A model generated the notes under the pieces. It had not been told where the DNA came from. It did not search any database and was given only the letters and a program-made list of their open reading frames with translations. The position numbers and the translations under genes were made by a program. Positions 51,193-58,431 of a stretch of DNA of 58,431 nt are shown piece after piece. The first letter of the stretch is position 1. Every line of letters starts with the position of its first letter. Origin of the DNA: Candidatus Daviesbacteria bacterium RIFCSPHIGHO2_12_FULL_37_16 (lineage in GTDB: Bacteria; Patescibacteriota; Microgenomatia; Daviesbacterales; UBA10151); assembly GCA_001776785.1 (NCBI GenBank), contig MFDF01000023.1, positions 1-58,431 on the forward strand, read 5' to 3'.

Positions 51193-51909
51193 TTAACTTG
51201 AAATTACTATCCTGATGAAGCCTTCTGCGTATTTGCATTTTGCTTTTTGGCCCATCTTTGCTGCCCGCTCTTTGACCCTTTTTATAACATCATCAAAGTT
51301 TTCAAACTGTGATTTATGGCATGAGAGGGCTTCTATTTTATCATCCATTGTGTCTGAGATATCTATAAAAAAGTCTGCATCCTGCCTGTTCATTAGTAAA
51401 ACTTCAGATACTTTATGAAGTTCTAGTCCTTCATCTAAAAGTTCTGGGAAGGATCTTATATTTCTTGAATAAGGAAAGACTGCCTCTAAAGTTGCCTGGC
51501 CTGCAACCCTGTGGTCTGGATGGTTAATGTAACCTGCCTGTTGAGAATAAAAATAGGTTGGGTCCCATGAGATGACTATATCTGGTTTAACTGACCTGAT
51601 AATTCTAACAATCTCTTTTCTTAATTCAAGTGTGTTTTGAAGTTCTCCATCTATTTCCTGAAGGAAAAAGACATATTTTGCACCCAAAATTTTAGCTGCT
51701 TTTTTTTGCTCCTGCTGGCGCATAGTGATAAGTTGTTCATTTTTTATAGATAAATCTTCTGAGCCTTTGGAGCCATCTGTAAGTATAAGATAATAAATTT
51801 CTGCACCCTCTTTAACCCATTTAGCAAAAGAGCCTGCACAGCCAAAATCTATATCATCTGCATGAGCACCAACTGCTAATATTTTTTTATTTCTAACATT
51901 AAAGTCCAT
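51193..51909 (-). CDS. PIG-L/LmbE family N-acetylglucosaminyl deacetylase
   Basis: 238 aa. VGAHADDIDFGCAG and NHPDH motifs. Confidence 0.85.
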   Translation of the reverse strand: MDFNVRNKKILAVGAHADDIDFGCAGSFAKWVKEGAEIYYLILTDGSKGSEDLSIKNEQLITMRQQEQKKAAKILGAKYVFFLQEIDGELQNTLELRKEIVRIIRSVKPDIVISWDPTYFYSQQAGYINHPDHRVAGQATLEAVFPYSRNIRSFPELLDEGLELHKVSEVLLMNRQDADFFIDISDTMDDKIEALSCHKSQFENFDDVIKRVKERAAKMGQKAKCKYAEGFIRIVISS

Positions 51910-51970
51910 ACTAACGCCTATTTTAGCTAAAAATTTGCCTAAATTAAAGCAATAAAGTAAAATTAAATAT

Positions 51971-52402
51971 ATGGAAGATCCAGAGGTAAAAATACCTGGA
52001 ACATCATTTAAGACAGGAGATGCAGGAACATTAGCTAAAGGAGTAGATAATGAACCTATGAAGATTCCAGATCCATATCAAGACACTACAGATAGAACAA
52101 AACAGGTTATAAAAGAACCTCACCCAACTATTGGTAAAGATATATCTTCAGTTGATTTAACTCCACCAAGAACTAATGTAAGTAATTTAAAAAAAGCTGG
52201 TATTTTAGCTGCATTAGCAGGGGTTGCAGGAATTCTGGGAGGTGTTTTTACTCACAGAGGAGGAAGTGAACCTGCTCCAGATAGCTCTACTAAAACAACA
52301 CCGGGAGATCAAATGATTAAAGATAGAAATACTGCCTTTGATGCAAAAGTAGGTGAGAGACCTGATCCATTGGTTTATCCTGATCAGAAAAATAATTTTT
52401 AG
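51971..52402 (+). CDS. Hypothetical single-pass membrane protein (143 aa)
   Basis: ORF with a central GILAALAGVAGILGGVF hydrophobic segment. Confidence 0.5.
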   Translation: MEDPEVKIPGTSFKTGDAGTLAKGVDNEPMKIPDPYQDTTDRTKQVIKEPHPTIGKDISSVDLTPPRTNVSNLKKAGILAALAGVAGILGGVFTHRGGSEPAPDSSTKTTPGDQMIKDRNTAFDAKVGERPDPLVYPDQKNNF

Positions 52403-53985
52403 TTGTTAAAGTGAATGTCTTTGACTTTTAACTGTAAGGTTTGGTTTCCTCTGAATTCATTTATCTCAAGGTTATAGGCAAGACTTATTAATTGATTAGT
52501 TGTTAACACTTTTTCTAAATCCCCTAATCCAAATGCTATTGCATCAATCCCATCTGCTTTGAATTTAAGATGTTTTCCATTCCCAACTGATCTAATATCT
52601 GAAACTTTCATATTATTTGTAGCAAAAATTATTTGAGGGTTTCCAAAACCAAAAGGTGCAAATTCTTCCAGAAGCTTAACTAATGATTTAGTTAATTTTT
52701 TACTCTCAACTTCTGCTTCTATCTCTAAAGTTTTTTCTACTTCAGGTAAACTTTCTAAACTTTTCTCTAATCTTAATTTAAACTCTTCAATTTTATCGCT
52801 TTGAATTGAAAATCCAGCTGCTCCAGAGTGGCCGCCAATATCTATTAAAATATCCTGACAACTAGTTCTGATAACTTCTACAATATTTATTCCATCTATA
52901 GAGCGGGCTGAACCCTTGGAAATAGTTTCTCCAATAGAAATAGCTATGGCAGGACGATAATATTGCTCACTAATTCTTCCAGCTATCAGACCAATTATTC
53001 CCTGATTCCAGGTTTCAGAATGAAGTATGTGGATTTTTGAATCTTTGACTACTTTTAACTTTGCTTCTTCAAATGCTGTCATAGTTAATTGCTGGCGGGC
53101 TAGATTAGTATCAGATAAAAGTTTTGCTAATTTTTTTGCTTTATGAGGATCTTTTGTACAAAGAAGTCTGAGGGCTTCTATAGCGTGTTCCAGTCTGCCA
53201 ATAGCGTTTATTCTGGGTCCTATGATATGGCCAACCTCATAAGATGTAATTGGATTTTCTATGCCTGCTTCTGTGAAGAGCGCTTTTAATCCCAAATTAT
53301 CTGTTTTATTTAAAACTTTTAAACCTTCAACTAAAAAAGCTCTGGCGAGATCTTTTAAGGGAATTAAATCACAGACAGTAGCTATTACTACAAACTGTAA
53401 AAGCTCATTTCTCAAATCTTTTGAAACCTTGTCTTGAATCAGACACCAGGCCACTCCCGCACCGCACATTTTTACTGAGTGAACCAAAGAATAAGCTTCA
53501 GGAAGATTTTTATCTGGTAAATGATGATCTGTAATTATAAGATCCAGACCTATTTGCTTTGCATAAAGAGCTTGTTCAAAAGCGACTATTCCATTGTCTA
53601 CTGTTATTACAACTGATGCTCCAGAATCTCTGGCAAAATCTAGACCAGTTTTAGACAGACCATAGCCCTCTTTTTCTCTATGGGGGATGTATGGTAAAAC
53701 CTTAGCTTTTAGAGATGTTAAGGCTTTATATAGGATAGCAGAGGCACTGATTCCATCCACATCATAATCTCCAAAAATAACAATTAACTCTTCATTTTTG
53801 ATGGCTTTTTCAATTCTTTCCCATGTTTTTTTGATGCCAGGAATTTCAATTTCTTTTTGAAAATTCTCAATTTTTGGATTAAAGAATTTTTCTATATCTT
53901 CTGGAGTTTTTAAACCTCTGTTTAAGAGAAGTTGAGTTTTTAGGTCATCAGACTTTTTTGGGAAAACTTTCCAGATCTTGGGCAT
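52399..53985 (-). CDS. recJ: Single-stranded-DNA-specific exonuclease RecJ
   Basis: 528 aa. DHH motifs (GDYDVDGISA, ITDHH) and DHHA1 (GGHSGAAG). Confidence 0.93.
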   Translation of the reverse strand: MPKIWKVFPKKSDDLKTQLLLNRGLKTPEDIEKFFNPKIENFQKEIEIPGIKKTWERIEKAIKNEELIVIFGDYDVDGISASAILYKALTSLKAKVLPYIPHREKEGYGLSKTGLDFARDSGASVVITVDNGIVAFEQALYAKQIGLDLIITDHHLPDKNLPEAYSLVHSVKMCGAGVAWCLIQDKVSKDLRNELLQFVVIATVCDLIPLKDLARAFLVEGLKVLNKTDNLGLKALFTEAGIENPITSYEVGHIIGPRINAIGRLEHAIEALRLLCTKDPHKAKKLAKLLSDTNLARQQLTMTAFEEAKLKVVKDSKIHILHSETWNQGIIGLIAGRISEQYYRPAIAISIGETISKGSARSIDGINIVEVIRTSCQDILIDIGGHSGAAGFSIQSDKIEEFKLRLEKSLESLPEVEKTLEIEAEVESKKLTKSLVKLLEEFAPFGFGNPQIIFATNNMKVSDIRSVGNGKHLKFKADGIDAIAFGLGDLEKVLTTNQLISLAYNLEINEFRGNQTLQLKVKDIHFNN

Positions 53986-54036
53986 ATCAGTATGCGCAAT
54001 TGTAACATAACTAAAAAAACCTTAAAATTACTGCAT

Positions 54037-55425
54037 ATGATACTTAATTTACCTAAAGAGGTTGAAGAGATTATGAAAAAATTTGTAGATAGTGATTACC
54101 AAATTTATATTGTTGGAGGAGCTGTGCGCGACCTTTTAATGGGCAGGGAAGTTAAGGATTGGGATTTTACAACTGATGCAAAACCTGAAGAGATTTTAAA
54201 AGTAATTCCAGAGGGGTTTTATAATAACAAATTTGGGACAGTTGGGATCTCTGCAAGGTCCACCTCCGAGGTGAACCAGGATGAAAACCTTGCTCACACC
54301 TCGGAGGTGAGCGGCGCTGGGTTGTATGAAATCACTACCATGAGGCATGAGGGTGATTATACAGACCACAGACATCCTGTGGATGTATCCTGGACTGACA
54401 AAATTGAAGAAGATTTAGCAAGGAGAGATTTTACAGTTAATGCTATTGCGCTTGGGAAAGAGAATAAGTTAGTGGATCCATTTGAGGGACAAAATGATTT
54501 AGAAGAAAAAATTATAAAAGCTGTTGGAGATCCAGAGAAGAGATTTAAGGAAGATGCCTTAAGGCTGATTAGGGCAATTAGATTTGCAGCCCAGTTAAAT
54601 TTTAAAATTGAAGATAAAACTTTTGCTGCAATTAAAGAAAATTCCAGTTTAATTCAAAAAATTTCCTGGGAAAGAATCAGGGATGAGTTTTTTAAAATTC
54701 TATCTTCAGAGAACCCTTATGAAGGCGTTTTAAAATTAAGGGAAGTGGGGCTTTTGCAGATAATTTTGCCTGAGCTGGAGGATTGTTTTGGGATTGTTCA
54801 GGAGGGGCCTAAACATGATAGGGTTTATGATATTGGAGAACACAGCCTTCTTTCTCTAAAATTTTGTTCTTCAAAAGATCCTTTGGTAAGATTTGCATGC
54901 TTAATTCATGACATTGGAAAAGTGGATACTGTAAAAATTGCAAAGGATGGAAATGTAACTTTTTATGGGCATGATGTAGTTGGTGGAAATTTGGCAAAAA
55001 AGGTTGGAGAAAGATTAAAACTTTCTAAAAAGGAGATTGAAAAATTATACAGACTTGTCAGGTGGCACCTTTTTTCTGTTGATGAAAACCAGACAGATTC
55101 TGCAATTAGAAGATTTATAAAAAATGTGGGGTTGGAAAATATTGATGACATGATGGATCTTAGGGTTGGTGACAGATTGGGTGGGGGAACAGAAAAAGCA
55201 GTTTCCTGGAGAATGGAGAAATATAAAGAAAGAATTAAACAGGTTTTACATAAACCCTTCTCTATTTCTGATTTAAAGGTTAATGGGACTGATGTAATGG
55301 AGATTTTAAAAATTAAGCCAGGACCAAAAGTTGGTGAAGTTTTAAATAAACTTTTTCAGGAAGTTTTAGAAGATGCTTCAAAAAATAATAGAGAGTATTT
55401 AATGGGAAGAATAAAAGTCATTTAG
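54037..55425 (+). CDS. cca: CCA-adding enzyme / tRNA nucleotidyltransferase with HD domain
   Basis: Start at MILNLPKEVEEIM. GGAVRDLLMG and RDFT.NA motifs, HD region (IHDIGK). Confidence 0.9.
   Translation: MILNLPKEVEEIMKKFVDSDYQIYIVGGAVRDLLMGREVKDWDFTTDAKPEEILKVIPEGFYNNKFGTVGISARSTSEVNQDENLAHTSEVSGAGLYEITTMRHEGDYTDHRHPVDVSWTDKIEEDLARRDFTVNAIALGKENKLVDPFEGQNDLEEKIIKAVGDPEKRFKEDALRLIRAIRFAAQLNFKIEDKTFAAIKENSSLIQKISWERIRDEFFKILSSENPYEGVLKLREVGLLQIILPELEDCFGIVQEGPKHDRVYDIGEHSLLSLKFCSSKDPLVRFACLIHDIGKVDTVKIAKDGNVTFYGHDVVGGNLAKKVGERLKLSKKEIEKLYRLVRWHLFSVDENQTDSAIRRFIKNVGLENIDDMMDLRVGDRLGGGTEKAVSWRMEKYKERIKQVLHKPFSISDLKVNGTDVMEILKIKPGPKVGEVLNKLFQEVLEDASKNNREYLMGRIKVI
54261..54309. repeat. Paired 13-nt palindromes inserted in frame in cca
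   Basis: CACCTCCGAGGTG (54261-73) and its reverse complement CACCTCGGAGGTG (54297-309). Together they encode STSEVNQDENLAHTSEV. Confidence 0.5.
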
Positions 55426-55431
55426 ACAATT

Positions 55432-58281
55432 TTATCCCCAGTTAGATAAAAGGACTGAGAAGTCTAATATACCTACTTTTCCATCCTGGTTTAGATCAGC
55501 TTGAGTATCTGAAGAATTCCATTTAGATAAAAGTATTGAAAAATCAATGACTCCTATTTTGCCATCACCATTTAAATCTCCCCTTTTACCTCCACTTACA
55601 AGTTCAAATATTTTTCCATCACCAGGTAGAAAATTAATTGATGCTCCCTGTGCATAAATCTGTCCTGTCTCCAAATCTTTAAGACTTCCACTAAGTGAGG
55701 AATTTATTGTTAAATTTTGGTTTGAGCTGCAGCTTTCCCTGTTAACTGCAACTGCATACTTTTGGGAGCCATCAGCAGAAACTAATGTAGAAATATATGG
55801 GTTATTAGGGCCAGATACGCTAAATTGGTCTGTAGAATTTCTTTTGAGCCCCAGGAGTGTACCCCTTAATGGATTTAACCTGTTTGCAAGAGTTGAGACT
55901 TCATTCATTAAATTAGTTTCATCCTTAAGCCCTGTCCAGCCCTGCTGGGATGTATAAATAAACCAGAATATTCCTGTTGCACCCTCACCAATTGCCATCC
56001 AGTTTTGAGCCCTGACTTCTGCAGCAGATGGCTTCCTTAAAGAATAAAACCCATTATCCACACCTGGATCACCCCAGTTATGGGTCTGCAAAATTACCCA
56101 AAGCGGAATGTTTGGGTCTTTGGTCCGGGTTACAGCCCTGATATATGCAACCATGTCATCATCAGAAAAACCAAACTGTCCAAAGGTGGCAGGGGTATAA
56201 CCAAACCCGCTCATGGAATAGTCACAGGCAGGATTAGCTCCTCCCATTGGATAAACATCAATGAGCATAACTTCAGGTTTTGTGGCATCAAGAATTGGTT
56301 CTGCCCTGTTTAACCCTATTAAAACAGGGGTAGAAAACCTGGTTGGGTCTCTTTCCTCAACTACCTGTTTTGCCAGGGCAATCCTGTTTTGGTCATCAGT
56401 GCCTCCTGGTTCATCATAAAGCAAATACCCCTTAACACTTGGGTGATTTTTTACTTTATCTATTAAAGGATAGATGGCGGTCCGGGCATTTTCTATAGTT
56501 GCAGCCGGAGGATTTGGGTTAACATCTGTTGTATACCAATTCCTGTGCATCTCATAATAAGGTGCAAAGAAAACATTCATAGTTAAATTATCAGATACAG
56601 ACAGCATAGCCTCATCCCTGTTTGCAGAATTATTGGTAAACATCACAGAATCAAAACCCTTACTCTTTAAGTTGTTTACCATATCAGTAAAATCTGCAGA
56701 GTTTCCTGAAGTTATATTTCCATCTTCAAATATCCCAATGGGGAAATAATCTACATTAGATATTCCACCTGAAGGTGTTTGATAAGGGATGGGAGTGACT
56801 GTTGGAGAAGGTATGGGAGTTGGGGTTTGAGTAGGTGTGGGTGTTGGTGGAGGTGTGCCATTACCAGCTGGTGGGGTTGGACAATTGGTTGAAGTATTTT
56901 GAGGACTTAAACTTCCATTTACCATGTTTCCACAGATTACATTTGGTCCTTCAACATTTCCTTCATGCTCTATAAACTGATAACCGCCAGGAGCACTATT
57001 TACCGTGTTATTTACAACTATATATTTACCTACAGTTCCCAAACGATCTCCTACTGGGCAGCCTACATTATGGGAGGTCTCTTCAATCCTCATAAATCCA
57101 TAATTACCAGAAAAGCCAGTCCCTAACACATTATCCCTCACAACATCATATGTATTAGTGTATTTTGGATATAAAGGCAAAGGCAGATATTTCTGGCTGC
57201 ATCTGGCAGTATTTCTATAGGGAATAACTGATCCGCCGATTGTATTTCTGGCAAACATCATTGATTTACCACTGTTGGCTACTACTGTATAAACAGAATC
57301 AACATTGTTTTTATAAAAAGCTATGTAGTTGGCATTCCTGGTTTCATCAGGATCAAATTGGTTATTATTATTATTCAAGTCATATGAAAAATCATCATTT
57401 GTCAGAAAAACCCCAATTCCTGCCCGGTAGTTATCATTAAAAGTAGAGTTAACAATCCCGCAGTTATGACAGCCGTCAAAATAAACTGCAAATTGTTCCC
57501 TCCCCTCAAAACGGGAGTTTAAAATCCATAAGTTACTGCAGCCTGCGTTGCATTCAATGTTTCCTCCGTGAGGGAAACAAGACGGGTCTGTATCACAGGG
57601 GGTGGTGAAATTCCTGACAGTAACACCATCAAAAACTACGTTTTTAGCAGCTGATGCATAAAACAATTCGTTGGGCTGACCCTGGCCATCAAAAATGATA
57701 TTTTTAAAATAATAGTTGCTGGCTCTTGAGGTAAAACACTCCCTTGCTCCAGGCTGGTTTTGATGGACTGCCAGGTTAAATTTTCCATAATCAAGCCAGT
57801 CATTATTTGGACCAGTTCCACAGATTACTCTGATTGTACCTCTAATAGTTGCTCCGGTTTCCCCAAGAAAATGCACATTATCTTTGGTTGCCACCAAAAG
57901 AGAGCCAAAATTATAGTTGCCGGGTTTTAAATAAAGGGTTCCACCGGTAGCAGGCAGGGCATTGTAGGCTGCTACTATATCTCCACCGTGGGCAGCCTGG
58001 ACATCAATTCTTGGGTCCGGAGAGTTAATCTGGGTATTAGAATTAGGAGAGTCAGGGTTAAAAGGATTATTTGCCCACCATTGTTCTGTAGATAAATTAT
58101 AGTCTATGGGTAAATCAGGTACCCCATCCCAGGGATTTGCAGCCTCAGATTTAGGTTTTGGATAAAGGATATTAAAAATCCCCTCCCTTAAAGGGGCATT
58201 TGAGGAAATAACCAGGAAAGTTAAAACCCCAGCTATAGCAACAAGCAAAAATAGGTGGACAATACCTTTTTGGTTTAACAT
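55432..58281 (-). CDS. Large secreted protein: signal anchor, right-handed beta-helix repeats, Pro/Thr linker, TIM-barrel glycoside-hydrolase-like domain, C-terminal dockerin
   Basis: 949 aa. N-terminal hydrophobic segment, PTPTPTQTPTPIPSPT linker, and a C-terminal pair of DLNGDGKIGVIDFSILL / DLNQDGKVGILDFSVLL calcium-binding dockerin repeats. Confidence 0.8.
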   Translation of the reverse strand: MLNQKGIVHLFLLVAIAGVLTFLVISSNAPLREGIFNILYPKPKSEAANPWDGVPDLPIDYNLSTEQWWANNPFNPDSPNSNTQINSPDPRIDVQAAHGGDIVAAYNALPATGGTLYLKPGNYNFGSLLVATKDNVHFLGETGATIRGTIRVICGTGPNNDWLDYGKFNLAVHQNQPGARECFTSRASNYYFKNIIFDGQGQPNELFYASAAKNVVFDGVTVRNFTTPCDTDPSCFPHGGNIECNAGCSNLWILNSRFEGREQFAVYFDGCHNCGIVNSTFNDNYRAGIGVFLTNDDFSYDLNNNNNQFDPDETRNANYIAFYKNNVDSVYTVVANSGKSMMFARNTIGGSVIPYRNTARCSQKYLPLPLYPKYTNTYDVVRDNVLGTGFSGNYGFMRIEETSHNVGCPVGDRLGTVGKYIVVNNTVNSAPGGYQFIEHEGNVEGPNVICGNMVNGSLSPQNTSTNCPTPPAGNGTPPPTPTPTQTPTPIPSPTVTPIPYQTPSGGISNVDYFPIGIFEDGNITSGNSADFTDMVNNLKSKGFDSVMFTNNSANRDEAMLSVSDNLTMNVFFAPYYEMHRNWYTTDVNPNPPAATIENARTAIYPLIDKVKNHPSVKGYLLYDEPGGTDDQNRIALAKQVVEERDPTRFSTPVLIGLNRAEPILDATKPEVMLIDVYPMGGANPACDYSMSGFGYTPATFGQFGFSDDDMVAYIRAVTRTKDPNIPLWVILQTHNWGDPGVDNGFYSLRKPSAAEVRAQNWMAIGEGATGIFWFIYTSQQGWTGLKDETNLMNEVSTLANRLNPLRGTLLGLKRNSTDQFSVSGPNNPYISTLVSADGSQKYAVAVNRESCSSNQNLTINSSLSGSLKDLETGQIYAQGASINFLPGDGKIFELVSGGKRGDLNGDGKIGVIDFSILLSKWNSSDTQADLNQDGKVGILDFSVLLSNWG

Positions 58282-58282
58282 T

Positions 58283-58431
58283 TTAATTCCAGTTTGACAG
58301 CAAAATAGAAAAATCCAATATATTTACTTTACCATCCTGGTTTAAATCAGCAGCAGGATCTGATGTATTCCATTTGGAAAGCAGTATAGAAAAATCAATT
58401 ACCCCAACTCTCCCATCTCCATTTAAATCTC
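58283..58431 (-). CDS. 3' end of a second dockerin-tagged protein (partial, continues past the window)
   Basis: The minus strand reads ...DLNGDGRVGVIDFSILLSKWNTSDPAADLNQDGKVNILDFSILLSNWN*. The stop codon complement lies at 58283-58285. Confidence 0.7.
   Translation of the reverse strand, partial: DLNGDGRVGVIDFSILLSKWNTSDPAADLNQDGKVNILDFSILLSNWN

Noticed and set aside
1-58431. Alternative genetic code (UGA recoded, as in some CPR lineages).
   Set aside because: TGA terminates conserved genes exactly at their expected ends (rpmJ 20004-20006, rplP 12122-12124, msrB 44098-44100). No conserved gene shows an in-frame TGA, so the standard bacterial code fits.

Overview
AT-rich bacterial window. 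The gene content and style fit a Candidate Phyla Radiation / Patescibacteria genome, perhaps Microgenomates-like; that placement is inference only. The first ~24 kb is one co-directional translation superoperon: two GreA-N-like genes, fusA, tuf, rpsJ, rplC-rplD-rplW-rplB-rpsS-rplV-rpsC-rplP-rpmC-rpsQ, rplN-rplX-rplE-rpsN-rpsH-rplF-rplR-rpsE-rplO-secY-adk-map-infA-rpmJ, and rpsM-rpsK-rpsD-rpoA-rplQ-rplM-rpsI. There is no rpmD (L30) between rpsE and rplO. The rest is housekeeping: tsaC, truB, recA/recX, rny, hup, miaA, RNase P RNA, msrB, gltX, aspS, recJ, cca and tRNA-Pro(GGG). It also holds a cluster of GT-C-type membrane glycosyltransferases and two dockerin-tagged secreted proteins. The conserved backbone is interrupted in many places. 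Orphan ORFs sit at junctions that are normally tight (fusA|tuf, rplB|rpsS, rpmJ|rpsM). A GIY-YIG cassette with inverted repeats splits rpsJ from rplC. Several families of short hairpin repeats occur in spacers and in frame inside coding regions (rplD, rplW, rpsI, cca and others). One hairpin element sits between two synonymously diverged copies of the rpsN 3' end. The most system-like signal is at 49.2-51.2 kb. There, two paralogous modules each combine a near-consensus promoter, a leaderless Phe/Ile/Leu-rich mini-ORF, a GGGAGG/CCTCCC/GGGAGG antiterminator-terminator switch and a U7 tract. One precedes a nucleotidyltransferase-like gene and the other a 66-aa gene, and they flank a HIT hydrolase gene. 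Every call rests on reading the sequence and the ORF translations; no database search was possible.
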